DNA from: Azolla caroliniana
Lineage: Eukaryota > Plantae > Polypodiophyta
Assembly: GCA_043228905.1 (NCBI GenBank)
Contig: JBHGNT010000005.1
Location: 13,826,001-13,890,000 of the forward strand
Length of the DNA: 64,000 nucleotides
Direction of reading: 5' to 3'
The position numbers and the translations under genes were made by a program. Positions 12,268 through 25,314 of this stretch are shown here, one piece after another. The notes below the pieces were generated by a model that had not been told where the DNA came from, did no database searches, and worked only from the letters and a program-made list of their open reading frames with translations. Within the stretch, counting starts at the first letter, position 1. Each line of letters begins with the position of its first letter.

Positions 12268-15200
12268 TGTTAGGAAACAGGTCCCTCCGGATGGGAAGTG
12301 AGAAGAACAGGACCCGTTCAGAACCGTATGTGGAGTACCCGGCAACGGAAGACCCGGTGAGAACCAGATGATGAGTACCCGACAACGGAAGACCCGATGA
12401 GAACCGGATGACGAGTACCCGGCAAGAGCCGGATGGTGAAGACCCGGTGAGAACCGGATGTGGAGTACCCGGCAAGAGCCGGATGGTGAAGACCCGGTGA
12501 GAACCGGATGTGGAGTACCCGACAACGGAAGACCCAGTGAGAACCGGATGACGTGCGCTCGGCAAGCGCCGGATGATGCAGGGCCGGTGAGGAGTGCTCA
12601 CCGGATGAAGGGACATATTCGTAAATATGTTTCTGAGAGTCCATTGGGACTATATTTGTAAATAGCCGAAAAGTCATATTAGTATAAATATGACTTAGGG
12701 CAAACTTTAGTATGTTGTTGTCATTCTTGTTGGTGCAAGATTAGAGCGCGTAACTGTGTACAGAGAGAGTGAGAGAGAGGATGAGGTCGTTGCCTTTGTT
12801 GGAACCACCGCCTGTGGCGAAGATAGAAAGCTCGAGGTCGTTGCTTGGGTGCTTTACCATTTGTACATTCTGACATAGTGATAGTTTGTAGTCTGTGGGC
12901 TGTCGTGGTTTTTTCCCTAGTTTGGGTTTTCCACGTTAACATCTTGTGTTGTCTTCTCTCTATTGTGTTGTGCATTCATTCCCCGTTTTTTCTGTGTTTT
13001 GATTCTAAGCTCGGTTGTGGCCGAGCGTTGTTCATCGGGAGCGTGTAGTTCCTGTCAAGTGGTATTAGATCGAAACGACACAGAAAATGGAGGATTCGTT
13101 GGGAGGCATGTTCAAGCTCACCGGCTCCAACTATTGGGTGTGGAAGTCGAAGATGAGGGACATGCTCGTGGTTAAAGATCTTTGGTTACTGGTTCAGTTC
13201 GGGGACAAGAGACCGGACAAAATCGACGCCACGATATGGGAGGTGATGCACATGAAGACAATGGCGTACATACGGTGCTTCATCGACATGAATCTATACA
13301 ACAACTTCAATGAAGAGAGCAAGGCTCATGAGCTCTGGGAGAAGATCAACATTATGTTTCAAAACAAAAATGTTGTTAATTAGGTTTCGGTATTCCGGAA
13401 GCTAGTAAGACTCCGATTCCGAGATGGCTCCAGCATGGCGGAGCACATGAATGCGTTCAAGGGGCTGATCCACCAGGCAACATCATTGGAAGTACCTCTC
13501 GCCGATGAGGTACTAGCGCTAGTCCTGCTCGATTCCCTTCTGGATAGTTGGGAGACGTTGGTTGTCACTTTGGGCAACGCCGGGCTGGAAGGGAAATGGT
13601 TATCCCTAGCAAGAGTGAGGTCGAGCTTGCTAGATGAGGAGGTGCGTCGGAAAGATAGGGATACGAGCTCCGACTCCAAAGTGCTCCTTACCGAATCGGA
13701 ACACGGAAGACAAAGGAACCGTAGTCCCTAGAACCGGGAAAAGTCGGGGACACAGTCAAAGTCAAGGGGGAGGCCTACTTGCTTCTATTGCGGCAAGCTG
13801 GGACACTTCCAGAAGAACTATCGGCACTTCCGAAAAGACAAGGAAACCGATGGTACCGATTCGAAGTGGACACCGGATCGGAACGATAAAGACTGGAGGG
13901 GGCCGGATCGGAAGGGAACAACGGCAATCGCGGTAAGTGAAGAAGAGTTGATGCTCATCACCGAGGAGAGTGAGCTAAACCTTGCCGACGACGAGATGAC
14001 TTGGGTGGTCGACTCCGGAGTGTCGTTCCACCTTACCCTAGACCGGAAATGCTTCTCATCCTACTCAGCCAGTGATCACGGCTGTGTCCGGATGGGGAAT
14101 GAAGGTACATGCTGAATTGTCGGCATAAGAGACGTGTGGTTGACAACACCAACCGGATGCAAGCTGCTGCTGAAGGATGTCCGACACGTTTCGGAGGTTC
14201 GTTTGAACCTAATATCAGCCGGTCAGCTAGATGATGAAGGCTACACGGGTAGCATCCGTAACGGTGTTATGAAGTTCAGCAAAGGGAGCCTGATTGTGGC
14301 TCGGGCCTGGAAGGTCAACATGTTGTACCTGATGAATGCCCGGTTATGTCCGGAGGAAGTGAACGTGGCATCCGACACTGACGGTGAGCTGTGGCACAAA
14401 AGGCTGTGTCACATGAGCAAGAAGGAGATGAAGAGGCTTGCAGATGATAACCTCATCCAAGTGAAGAACATGCACTTGGAGAAGTGCTCTGATTGTCTGG
14501 CCGGTAAGCAAAACCGGACCTCCTTCCGATCGAGGCCACCGATGAGACGTAATGTACCACTGGAGCTCGTGCATACTGATGTATGTCAAGTGGACACGAA
14601 GTCACATGCCGGATCGCAGTACTTCGTGACGTTCATAGGTGACCACAACCGGAAGTTGTGGGCCACACCGTTGAAGTCGAAGGATCAGGTGCTATTCATC
14701 TTGAAAGAGCTCCACGCGAGAGTGGAAAGAGAAACCGGCCGGAAGCTGAAGGCGGTTCGAGCAGATAACGGAGGTGAATACCGGGGGCAGTTCGAGGAGT
14801 ACTATCACTCAAAGGGAATCCGGCTCGAATTTACCGTGCCGAAGATGCCGGAACTAAACGGGCTGGCCGAGAGAATGAACCGGACCATAATGAAGAGGGT
14901 CCGGAGTATGCTGGCGCATGCAAAACTACCCAAGAAGTTTTGGGCTGAGGCACTGTCGACGGCGACATATGTGATAAACAGATCACCCTCAGTACCCTTG
15001 GACGGAGACACGCCACAGAGAGTCTGGACCGGTAAGGAAGTGTCCTACCGGCATCTGAAGGTATTCGGGTGTCTTGCGTACGTGCATGTTGCTAAGGACC
15101 AGAGAGGAAAGTTGGATCCAAAGACCTGACCATGCATATTCCTCGGTTACGGCAATGTTGAGTTCGGCTACCGAGTGTGGGACCTGGTCGACAAGAAGGT

Positions 15201-17765
15201 CTTCCAGAGTCGAGATATTATCTTCATGGAGGACAAGATGCTCGCCGACTGGGAGTCGGAGAAGAAGATAATGAACTCCGAGTCGACCAGTAAGGATCGA
15301 TTCTACGATGAGCAGACCCAACTGGCAAGAGACCGGTTAGCACTCGAGGAACAAGCCCGTTACAGTGAGGATACCGAACCGGCAGAAGAAGAAGTAGAGG
15401 AAGCTGAAACCGGAACCGGCCAAGACCCCGAATTGGATTCGGATGAAGAGCAAATGGAGGGGCCGGTTACCGAAGGCCAAAGACGAAGATATCCTCTAAG
15501 AGAGAGAAGGGTCCCCCGAAGATTTCCGGATGCAGAGCATGTGCTGCTGACCGATGAGGGGAAGCCAGAAAGCTTCGAGGAAGCTAAAAGTGACACCCAT
15601 AGCCGCAAATGGTTAAGTACCATGCAGGATGAGATGAATTTCCTGCATGAGAACCATACGTATGAATTGGTGGAGTTGCTGAAAGGAAAGCGAGCACTCT
15701 GAAACAAGTGGGTGTACAAGTTGAAACCGGGAGATGCCGGCAACCCCCCGAGACACAAAGCCTGGATCGTGGTGAAGGGGTTCCAGCAAAAGAAGGGCGT
15801 GGACTTCGACGAGATATTTGCCCCAATAGTAAAGATGACCTCCATCCGGACGGTGCTGAGTATAGCTGCAAGCATGGACCTTGAGGTAGAGCAGCTGGAC
15901 GTGAAGAAGGCTTTCCTTCACAGTGACCTCGAAGAGGAGATCTACATGTAGCAACCGGAAGGATTCGTGTAGAAAGGGAAGGAGCATCTGGTTTGCCGGT
16001 TGAAGAAGAGCCTGTACGGACTGAAGCAGGCTCCCCCAAAATGGTACTGGAAGTTTGACTCCTTCATGACCGATCAAGGGTACCACAAGACGCAGGCCGA
16101 TCATTGCGTGTTTGTGAAGAAGTTCGAAGGAGGCGACTTCCTGATACTCCTTCTGTACGTGGATGACATGTTGATCGTCGGACGGGACCAAGCCAGAATA
16201 CGGATGCTAAAGAAGGCTCTCAACCGAACTTTCGCAATGAAAGACTTGGGTCCGGCAAGACAGATGTTGGGGATGCATATCATTCGAAACTGGCCAACGA
16301 AGCAATTGTGGCTGTCACAGGAGAAGTACGTGACAAAGGTGCTTCAGTGGTTCAACATGTTAGAAGCGAAACCGGTCGGATCGACACTCCCGGCAAACTG
16401 CAGATTATCCGGTAAGCAAAGCCCGAAGATGAAAGCAGAGAAGGCTGATATGATGAAGGTTCCATATGCCTCTGCCGTCGGGAGCTTAATGTACGCAATG
16501 GTGTGTACCCGACCGGATATAGGATACGCAGTAGGAGTGGTGAGCCAGTTTATGAGCAATGCCGGAAAGGAGCACTGGAACACGGTCAAATGGATAATCC
16601 GGTACTTGAAGGGCACTTCAAACATGTGTCCCCGATTCGGCTCCGGTAAACCTCAACTTGATGGTTTTACCGATTTGGAGATGCCGGCTGATGTGGATAC
16701 CAATTGGTCTACATCCGGGTATGTAATGACATATGCAGGGGGAGTTGTTTCATGGCAGTCGAGGCTTCAGAAGACGGTTGCATTGTCAACCACGGAGGTA
16801 GAGTACATGGCGGCTGTGGAAGCCGGCAAGGAAATACTATGGATGAAGGACTTCATCGGAGAGCTAGGTATCCGCCAAGGTGAATACCGGCTCTATTGGG
16901 ACAGTCAAAGTGCCATCCACCTTGCTAAGAATGCGGCCTACCATTCCCGGACGAAGCATATCCAGCAAAGGTATCACTAGATCCGGGAAAAAGTAGATGA
17001 CTAGGAGTTCGCGCTGACGAAGATCCACACGGCCGAGAACGGGTCAGGTATGTTGACCAAAGTACTGATACCCGACAAGTTGGATACATGCCGGAAGCGG
17101 ATCGGACTTGTAAGACATCCCATGCCGGAGTGAAGGGGGAGTTTGTTAGGAAACAGGTTCCTCCGGATGGGAAGTGAGAAGAACAAGACCCGGTGAGAAT
17201 CGGATAACAAATACCCGGCAAGAGCCGGATGGTGAAGACTCGGTGAGAACCGGATGACGTGCACCCGGCAAGCGCCGGATGATGCAGGCCCGGTGAGGAG
17301 TGCTCACCGGATGAAGGGACATATTTGTAAATATGTTTCTGAGAGTCCATCGGGACTATATTTGTAAATACCCGAAAAGTCATATTAGTATAAATATGAC
17401 TTAGGGCAAACTTTAGTATTTTGTTGTCATTCTTGTTGGTGCAAGATTAGAGCGCGTAACTGTGTACAGAGAGAGTGAGAGAGAGAGGAAGAGGTCGTTG
17501 CCTCTATTGTAACCGCCGCCTGTGGCGAAGATAGAAAGCTCGAGGTCGTTGCTTGGGTGCTTTACCATTTGTACATTCTGACATAGTGATAGTTTGCAGT
17601 CTGTGGGCTGTCGTGGTTTTTTCCCTAGTTTGGGTTTTCCACGTTAGCATCCTGTGTTCTCTTCTCTCTATTGTGTCGTGCATTCATTCCCCGTTTTTTC
17701 TGTGTTTTGATTCTAAGCTCGGTTGTGGCCGAGTGTTGTTCATCGGGAGCGTGTAGTTTCCGTCA
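12268..17765 (+). mobile_element. Ty1/copia element E, full length with stop codons, inserted in the 5' LTR of D
   Basis: LTRs 12268-13057 and 17144-17765 (TGTTAG..GTCA); 5-bp TSD GTTCC (12263-12267 / 17766-17770); degenerate tRNA-iMet PBS at 13060; PPT GAAGGGGGAG. Confidence 0.95.
13088..17133 (+). pseudogene. Copia E gag-pol pseudogene
   Basis: Fragments collinear with the intact ORF at 33691-37821: ELWHKRLCH, VHTDVC, ADNGGEY, LYVDDML, HSRTKHI. Several in-frame stops. Confidence 0.92.
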
Positions 17766-19638
17766 GTTCCCACCCGATTCACGCATCGATCCGGAGTCGA
17801 AAAGGCACGACACAAGTGGTGAAGCTGACGTGAAAACGGGTGGCAAGGAGATGGAGAATCAACAAGAGATCATGAACATAATGATGATGATGATTGAGTG
17901 GATGCAACAAGAACAACGCTTGATGTCGGAGATCAAACCGAAAGTAGAGCGGCTTGTGTAAAGAAACAGGCAATTCAACGGAAAGGATGTGTCACGTTAT
18001 CTATGTGACTACAAGGGGGCGATTATTCGACATGGGATACCGGAAGTATTGCAAGTGATATCCTTCAGTTGGGTGGCAACAGATGAGCTACAAGAGAGAA
18101 TCCACAAGATACGGCAACAAAACCCAACATGGGGTTCCTTTGAAGAAGCTTTATGAGAGGCATATGATTACGAGAGACCGAAGGGACGAGATCGGCGAGA
18201 GTTCAATGAATGGGTGGCATCGGAGAAGACCCACTGAAGTGCAACACTAGCATTCTTAGAGTTTGAGTATTGTTTTGCTCAACTCTCGGAGAGGGAACAA
18301 CGATTGGTGGGGATGGATAAAGTCCTAATGTTCGTGAAGTCGATCGATCGGAAAGAAAGGATGGACATCGGGATCGAACTCAAAGATGATGACGGTGCAA
18401 ATGGCCTTACTGAGGCATGATGAGAGGAAGAAGAGAATCTTGTCAACAACAACATGGCCTATAAGGGATGATCGATTAAGGATGAACGATGTGGCTGATA
18501 TGAAGGCCGAAGTACGATTTGACGGTACCACAGGAGAGGGTGTGGAACAAGGCATCCTCTCGTCTTGTGAAAGAACGACGGCCAAGGATAAGGTCGATGA
18601 CTTGAGAGTGGCGAACACCACTTCAAGAATGGAAGAAGGTTTCGGAATACAAGTATCCGAAACATCGGGTGAAAAAGGGGTAAGCATAATCGATGCTTGC
18701 ATGATCGAGGGAGATAAAGAGTGCGAGGTGGACTTGATTGAGGAGGTCACCACGAAATATGACATCGAATCGGAGGTGGCTATGGACGAATCAATGGCGG
18801 ATGGCCATATGAAGACTTTCCCACCACTAGTTCTAGAGACTTCGGCGGTTGCGTTGTCGTAGTGTAGGTTGCACACTATGTGGAAATTATATTTTTGTCC
18901 CTCCGGATAGAGAATGGAATGCTCGGTGAGAACCGGAAGAAAACGGCATACCGGCAAGGAGGAAAACGGCATACCGGCAAGGAGGAAAAACGGCATAGAG
19001 ACATAAATGTAAAAAAAAGGAAATACTCACTACTGCGCAGGGCGTGATTCGAACTCTGCACCTCCACGTTGACAAACCCCAACCTTACCATTACATTAAA
19101 TTATCTTAAGTGTTTTAAATATAGATTTAATATGTATAAGACCTTTATTTATGCATACCTTTATTAAAAGGTAAATCGTGTATTTTTTTAATATATGAAA
19201 AAGACGAGACACTAAAAATAACTCATGCACATCTAGCGTGCATGAGCCCTATACTTAGGAAATAAAAAAGCATCACATGCACATTTAGTGGACATGAACA
19301 CTTTTTGTAAAAATAAAAAAGCATGAAGCCATGCTTAGCTCTTCTTTCCTTATATAAGGAGGAGAGAAATATGTAAAGGGTTGTTGATTATTTGGATTAA
19401 GAATTAATCAATACAAAAATTATTCGTGGGATTCACGATTTATACATCTACTTCTCTCTTAACACCCTAAGTACCAATTAATATAGTATACTCGTGTGAT
19501 TCACGAGTTTCTTATCTTTCTCTTTGCTATTTACTCATAATTAATCTCTATCTCACGAACTTCTTTCTCCTAGTCCAAGACCTCTGTGGTTCCCACCCGA
19601 CTCACGCAACGATCCGGAGCCGAAAGGCACGACACAGT

Positions 19639-19656
19639 TGGTGAACCCGACGTGAA
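19639..19656 (+). promoter_or_regulatory. Primer-binding site complementary to the 3' 18 nt of plant cytosolic tRNA-Trp
   Basis: TGGTGAACCCGACGTGAA is the reverse complement of ..TTCACGTCGGGTTCACCA (tRNA-Trp 3' end as I recall it), 4 nt after the LTR end. Confidence 0.8.
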
Positions 19657-19672
19657 GACGGGTGGCAAGGAG

Positions 19673-21712
19673 ATGGAGGCTCAACAAGCTAACAATATGA
19701 TGGCGATGTTCGAACGGATGCTTCAAGAACAACGCACGATGTCGGAGATTTCGGCATCAGTAGAGCGGCTCGTGCAACGCAACGGGCAATTTAATGGTAA
19801 GGATGTGTCGCGATATTTGCAGGACTACAAGGCGGAGATGCTCCGGTGCCGGGCTTCGGAAGGACTGCAAGTGACATCCTTTAACCGGGTGGCGACCGAC
19901 GGGCTTCAAGGGAGTATCCACGGGTTGCAACAACAAAATCCGACGTGGGAAGCATTCGAAGAGGCGTTAAAGACCACGTTTGCCATCGAGGACTCCTCCA
20001 AGGCAACGCGGAGGGGATTCGAGGATTGGGTGGAAACGTCAGGTAAGGGGCTGAAGGTCCTCGAAGTGTTTTCGACATTCGAAAGTCGGTTCGGGAGGTT
20101 GTCCGCGAGAGATCAAACTATTCTTGCACCGGACAAAGTCATCATGTTTTTGCGAGCTGTGGACGTCCGGGACCGGAAAGATCTCGGAGTGCTTCTTGAG
20201 GACACGACCACCGAAAGCGGCCTCACCGAAACATGGGAAAGTGTGCGGGATATCGTCGCGCGGTACACGAAGAGGGGGCAATGGCTTGCCAACGAAGAAA
20301 AGAGGGTTTCGGAACCGATTCCGAAACCGAGAACGGGACTGGAAGACCATCAACCGAGGGCTCGGGAGATTACGGCCGAGAAGGGAGTCGACGCGTCTAC
20401 GGTGGAGCAGCTGCTGAAGGAGATGGAGAATCTAAAGATCGCGATGGTGAAGAAGTCGGATGACCGCCCCACAAGCTCCAAATATACGGATCGACGGTGC
20501 ATATGGTGCGATAGCGCCGAACACGATCGGAGGGATTGCGACGACCATAAGGAGGCGCTACGACGGGATCTCATCTACTACGAGGGAAACCGGATTCATT
20601 CGATGGACTCTCGGAAGCCACTCCGACCGAACTTCCGAAAAGGCGGCATGAAGAAGGTGCTCGAGGAGGAGTTAGCGGCAAGAAGCAACTATGCGACAAC
20701 CGCGGGAATATGTGTCGGGGAGTCAACGGGAGCGAAGGCGTCTTTCTGGCCGGAGGTGCTAGGAAACACCGAGAAAACCGACTCCAACGATATCCGAAAC
20801 ACCGCGGAAGGCGTCCGGGAAGCTACGGGATGGGAGTGCCCTGTCGACAAGAATAGCATATACGCCCTGTGTCAATTACATGAGGTGTATGTGGACGAGA
20901 AACGACGGCGCACGGAGGATGCGGCCGGACCATCGAAGATACCGGAAAGCTGGAACTCCGGAGGTAAGGGAAAAGAAAAGGCGACTCCGGCATTCAAGCT
21001 CGCCTCGGACATTGAACAACAAACCGACTTGAAAAGAGTGTTCGAGGAAAGAATCTTGGATAGCCGGGTAGATTTTTCGCTGCGGGAACTACTCGGAATA
21101 GCGAAGAAGGAGTTTCACGATCTTCTCGTGGATCTCGTAAAAAGGAAGAGACAAAGTACGGAGGAAAATGCTCCAAGGGTGAATGCAAATACCGTTTCAA
21201 TGAACGACACCGAAGTGGAAGGCGAAATTCCGAACTCCCACTATACAAGGCCACACTGGGCACGTGCGACTACGGAGACTCCGGTCCGAATCGGCAACAT
21301 CAAAGAACCCATGCTAGCATTGATTGATCACGGATCGGAGATCAACTTGATGTCCAAGGAGTTCTACCGAAAGGGGAAGTGGCCGATAAACACCAACCAT
21401 GGATGGAAGATTCGGGCAGCCACGAAAACGACAGAAGACCTATTTGCGGCTTGTCCGGATGTGACGGTAAAGATCGGGGATGTCGAAATTGACCAAAATT
21501 TCTTTGTGCAGGATGAGGTTTCACATTCTGTCATCCTCGGCCAACCCTTTATCACGGCTTCACGGATGGAGACGAAGGTGCTCGATAGTGGTGCGGCTTT
21601 TGCGCGAATTCGGAGCCAAAACGGAGGGAAATCCGTCCAATTCCTAACGGTGCCGGCAAATCACGAAAGGAACAAGAGGGAACTCTTGTCCCAAGTGAGA
21701 ATGGATTTTTAA
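19673..21712 (+). CDS. gag: Gypsy F Gag-protease polyprotein
   Basis: Open ORF, first ATG after the PBS at 19673; zinc knuckle CIWCDSAEHDRRDC; aspartic protease motif LIDHGSEINLM..ILGQPF. Confidence 0.9.
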   Translation: MEAQQANNMMAMFERMLQEQRTMSEISASVERLVQRNGQFNGKDVSRYLQDYKAEMLRCRASEGLQVTSFNRVATDGLQGSIHGLQQQNPTWEAFEEALKTTFAIEDSSKATRRGFEDWVETSGKGLKVLEVFSTFESRFGRLSARDQTILAPDKVIMFLRAVDVRDRKDLGVLLEDTTTESGLTETWESVRDIVARYTKRGQWLANEEKRVSEPIPKPRTGLEDHQPRAREITAEKGVDASTVEQLLKEMENLKIAMVKKSDDRPTSSKYTDRRCIWCDSAEHDRRDCDDHKEALRRDLIYYEGNRIHSMDSRKPLRPNFRKGGMKKVLEEELAARSNYATTAGICVGESTGAKASFWPEVLGNTEKTDSNDIRNTAEGVREATGWECPVDKNSIYALCQLHEVYVDEKRRRTEDAAGPSKIPESWNSGGKGKEKATPAFKLASDIEQQTDLKRVFEERILDSRVDFSLRELLGIAKKEFHDLLVDLVKRKRQSTEENAPRVNANTVSMNDTEVEGEIPNSHYTRPHWARATTETPVRIGNIKEPMLALIDHGSEINLMSKEFYRKGKWPINTNHGWKIRAATKTTEDLFAACPDVTVKIGDVEIDQNFFVQDEVSHSVILGQPFITASRMETKVLDSGAAFARIRSQNGGKSVQFLTVPANHERNKRELLSQVRMDF

Positions 21713-24700
21713 AGCGGACTGTTGCGGAGTGGGGAAGTGATAGTCCGAGAAGCCCTGATACCCCACACAGGAAGAAAACTCTCGGAGCAAAACAAGTACG
21801 AATCGGCCCGGATGGGGCATCTACGTACATGGCCGTAACCGGAGGAATGAAGAAACAATACCGACAAGTGGAGGATAAGTTACGGTCGGCATCAATAATA
21901 AAAGAAGACGAAGAAATCGTGGGAGTGATCGAGGAAGTGTTCTATGGGAATACACTACAACGGCTTGAAGAGCTTGCGGAAGATAAAAGCCAAGGGAATC
22001 GGGTAGTCCCGGTGGAATCGGTCGAGATGTACGAGATCGTTGCGAAAATGGGGCCGGATGCGCTCCGCAAAGAAGAAGCAATGGTAAGTACGAAATACAA
22101 GACCGTGGAGAAGAAGGTGAAACCGGCCGCGGGACCACTACCCGCCGATAGCGAACAAAAGAGGAAAGAAGTCTCGGGAGACCCGACACTTCGGAAGACC
22201 GTGGATATCGGACATGCCTTCACAGATGAGACCCGGAAGAAACTTCGGATCGGTGGAGGTGGGTTCCTCTTACAAGAAGAAGAAAAACGGTTTCGAGAGA
22301 TGTTGGAGCAACATGGCAAAGCATTCGCGTTCACATCGAGGGAGATCGGGTGCATTGATCCAAAGATAGTGGAGCCGATGGTGATCTTCACGATTGATCA
22401 TGTACCGTGGAACCTGAAGCCGATTCCGGTGCCACGGGCGCATATTCCGAAAGTCATCGACTTGCTCAAGGAGAAGGTGGCGATGGGGATTCTAGAGCCA
22501 TCAAGTGCTCCGTACTCAAATCGATGGTTTACGGTTCCGAAGAAGAATGGGTCACTCCGATTCATCCAAGACTTGCAACCGGTGAACAAGGTCACGATCC
22601 GGAACTCGGGAGTCGGTCCGATAGTGGACGAATTCGCGGAAGCTTTTGCCGGACGTGCGATATACTCCATCGGGGACCTATACTCGGGGTATGACCAATT
22701 CCAACTAGCCGTGGAGAGCCGAGACATCACTACCATGCGGACACCGATAGGACTAGTTCGAATGTGCACACTACCACAAGGAGCGACAAACTCGGTTGCA
22801 CATATGATGAACGCGATGAACAAGGTGCTTCGAGATTGCATCCCGGAGATAACGATGCCGTTTCTAGATGACATTCCGATGAAAGGATGCGCGGTGGAAG
22901 AAAAAGATGAGACTATGGATGATCGGGGATGCCGAAAGTTCGTGATCGACCATATTCATGATTGCGAGAAAGTGTTGCGAAAGCTAGAAGATGTGCACCT
23001 AACACTTTCCGGGGAGAAATCGGCATTCGGGCAAGAAGAAATATTGGTGGTCGGACATCTATGTGGACCCTACGGCCGAAGACCGTCACCAACAAAGATC
23101 GATGCGATTCAAGCTATGAAGGAAGTATGTGAGTCAACATCGGAAGTCCGAAGGTTTCTGGGTGCGTGTGCATTCTATCACATATGGATTCCGCACTATG
23201 CACATATAGCGGACCCGCTCTATCACTTGTTGCGGAAAGGTAAGAAATTCGAGTGGAAACCGGAACACACTAAAGCCATGAGGAAGCTCAAGAAGACACT
23301 ATGGAGGGCGGAGTCACTTAAGAAGCCAAGCTACGAGCGGCCAATCATAGTAACGGTTGATACAAGTCCAACCGGTATCGGGTGGGTCATCAATCAAGCC
23401 GACTCGGATGGTTCGCGGTATCCGATCCGATTTGGAGCAAAGGTCCTCAACGAAAGGCAACGCGGATATGCACAAATCAAAAGAGAATTGTGGGGAGTCG
23501 TGTCGGCGATAAAATCAGATCGGGATTATTTGATCGGAGCTGAAGTGGTGATCGAGACGGATTGTCTTCCGATACTCGGGATGATGCGGTGTTGTACGAT
23601 ACCGGATGTGGCTATGCTAAGGTGGATTGCATATGTCAAGTCACTTAATCCGGAGGTTCGACACATCTCGGGGAAGGACAACGCGGTAGCGGACATGTTA
23701 TCGAGGGCGCGGTTTGAAGACGACATAACCGAATCAGATAATGAAGAAGTTTCCGAAGACTACTTCACGTCAGAACACATATGCCGAGTGAACGTGATCC
23801 GAGAATTCCGGGAAGAAGAATACGAGGGGGAAACCTTGATGATCGGGAAGATGCTACAAGAGGTCGAGGATTCAACCAATGATAAAGAAAGGAGAGCCGA
23901 GATCCGAAGGAAGAAGAGGCAAGTCCAAAAGTTCTTCTTGGAAAACGGTTTAATATGGAGGACGCCGAAAAGACCGGATGGGATACCACTTCGAGTAGTC
24001 GGGACGAAAGAGCAACGAAACCGGATAATGTCCGAGTTCCACGAATCCGATTGGGCTGGACATCGAGGAACATGGGCAACTTTTGTGAAAATCAAGCAAA
24101 GATATTGGTGGAAGAACATGTATAAAGATGTCGCGGAGTTCACAGAAAGCTGCGAGAAATGTCAAGTCTACTCCGGGGTCCGACACCGAGATGAGCTGCA
24201 TCCGACATTCTCACCGACAATCAACTTCAAGTGGATGGTCGACATTGTAGCTATGCCGACCGGGATTGGACAAAAGAAATACTTGGTGTTAGCTCGAGAA
24301 GATCTCACAAACCAAGTTGAAGGTCGGGCGCTTCGGAGGAAAACGTGTGCCGCGGTGTGCCAATTTCTTTTGGAAGAAGTGTTTTGTAGGTACGGCTGCG
24401 TAGGACAAGTGATTGCGGACCGGGGAGAACTCGACTCGGACAAAGCTAGGGGATTCTTCGCCAAACATGGAGTTCGGTTAACGTTGACAACGGCCTACAA
24501 TCCGGAGGCCAACGGGAAGATCGAACGAGGACATAGTCCGATCGTGAAAGCACTTGCGAAGGCATGCGACGGAAGGGTGAAGGATTGGCCACAAATGCTT
24601 CCGTATGCACTATGGGCGGATCGGACGACGCATAGCTCCGTGACCGGTTACATGCCGGCAGAACTCATGACCGGACAAGCACCGGTAATGCCAACGGAAA

Positions 24701-25314
24701 CCGCAATCGCGACATGGACAATACTACCGTGGAAGGAAGAGATGAGCCGGGAAGAACTACTAGCGGTCCGGATACGACAACTGGAGGGAAGACCGAAAGA
24801 TGTAGCGGAAGCGTCACGCCGACAACAAGCAGCACGGTTCCGGAACAAAAGCCGGTTCGACACAAAGCACCGACTACGACCGAGGAGGATTGAAGAAGGA
24901 GATTGGGTGATCGTCTATGATAGTAGCTTGGACCATCAACATACAACGATGCGGAAATTCGCGAAAAGGTGGTTCGGGCCGTACGAGGTTCGGAAGGTCT
25001 TCGACAACGGGACGTACCGACTGTCCGAGTTGGATGGAACAATACTACGAGTGCCTATAGCCGGGAAGCGGGTAAAGATTTTCAAGAAGCGGACCGACGA
25101 CAAACCTTATGTGATCCAAGTCGAGGCCGACAACGAGGAGCAATCGGACAAAGACCACAATGATGCGGGAAGCGAAGAAAGTGGATTACAACTCATAGTC
25201 GACATAAGGGGAGAATCGGAGGAAGCTTCGGATGAAGACGGATACGAAGAATCAAGAACTTCGGCACATACCGGAGGATGTGCGGGTTTGGAGGGGGCGA
25301 GTGTCGTAGTGTAG
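21703..25314 (+). CDS. pol: Gypsy F Pol (RT, RNase H, integrase), entered by -1 frameshift
   Basis: 1161-aa ORF whose frame is already open from 21703: VPKKNGSLRFIQDLQPVN, LPQGATNS, FLDD, VDTSPTGIG, H..GHRG..CEKCQ, ADRGE, NGKIERGH, WFGPYEV. Confidence 0.92.
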   Translation, partial: GFLKRTVAEWGSDSPRSPDTPHRKKTLGAKQVRIGPDGASTYMAVTGGMKKQYRQVEDKLRSASIIKEDEEIVGVIEEVFYGNTLQRLEELAEDKSQGNRVVPVESVEMYEIVAKMGPDALRKEEAMVSTKYKTVEKKVKPAAGPLPADSEQKRKEVSGDPTLRKTVDIGHAFTDETRKKLRIGGGGFLLQEEEKRFREMLEQHGKAFAFTSREIGCIDPKIVEPMVIFTIDHVPWNLKPIPVPRAHIPKVIDLLKEKVAMGILEPSSAPYSNRWFTVPKKNGSLRFIQDLQPVNKVTIRNSGVGPIVDEFAEAFAGRAIYSIGDLYSGYDQFQLAVESRDITTMRTPIGLVRMCTLPQGATNSVAHMMNAMNKVLRDCIPEITMPFLDDIPMKGCAVEEKDETMDDRGCRKFVIDHIHDCEKVLRKLEDVHLTLSGEKSAFGQEEILVVGHLCGPYGRRPSPTKIDAIQAMKEVCESTSEVRRFLGACAFYHIWIPHYAHIADPLYHLLRKGKKFEWKPEHTKAMRKLKKTLWRAESLKKPSYERPIIVTVDTSPTGIGWVINQADSDGSRYPIRFGAKVLNERQRGYAQIKRELWGVVSAIKSDRDYLIGAEVVIETDCLPILGMMRCCTIPDVAMLRWIAYVKSLNPEVRHISGKDNAVADMLSRARFEDDITESDNEEVSEDYFTSEHICRVNVIREFREEEYEGETLMIGKMLQEVEDSTNDKERRAEIRRKKRQVQKFFLENGLIWRTPKRPDGIPLRVVGTKEQRNRIMSEFHESDWAGHRGTWATFVKIKQRYWWKNMYKDVAEFTESCEKCQVYSGVRHRDELHPTFSPTINFKWMVDIVAMPTGIGQKKYLVLAREDLTNQVEGRALRRKTCAAVCQFLLEEVFCRYGCVGQVIADRGELDSDKARGFFAKHGVRLTLTTAYNPEANGKIERGHSPIVKALAKACDGRVKDWPQMLPYALWADRTTHSSVTGYMPAELMTGQAPVMPTETAIATWTILPWKEEMSREELLAVRIRQLEGRPKDVAEASRRQQAARFRNKSRFDTKHRLRPRRIEEGDWVIVYDSSLDHQHTTMRKFAKRWFGPYEVRKVFDNGTYRLSELDGTILRVPIAGKRVKIFKKRTDDKPYVIQVEADNEEQSDKDHNDAGSEESGLQLIVDIRGESEEASDEDGYEESRTSAHTGGCAGLEGASVVV

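Noticed and set aside
12244-12677. Short ORFs in LTR tandem repeats, and the many antisense ORFs over gag/pol
   Set aside because: They are by-products of GC-rich repeats and codon bias, with no recognisable motifs.
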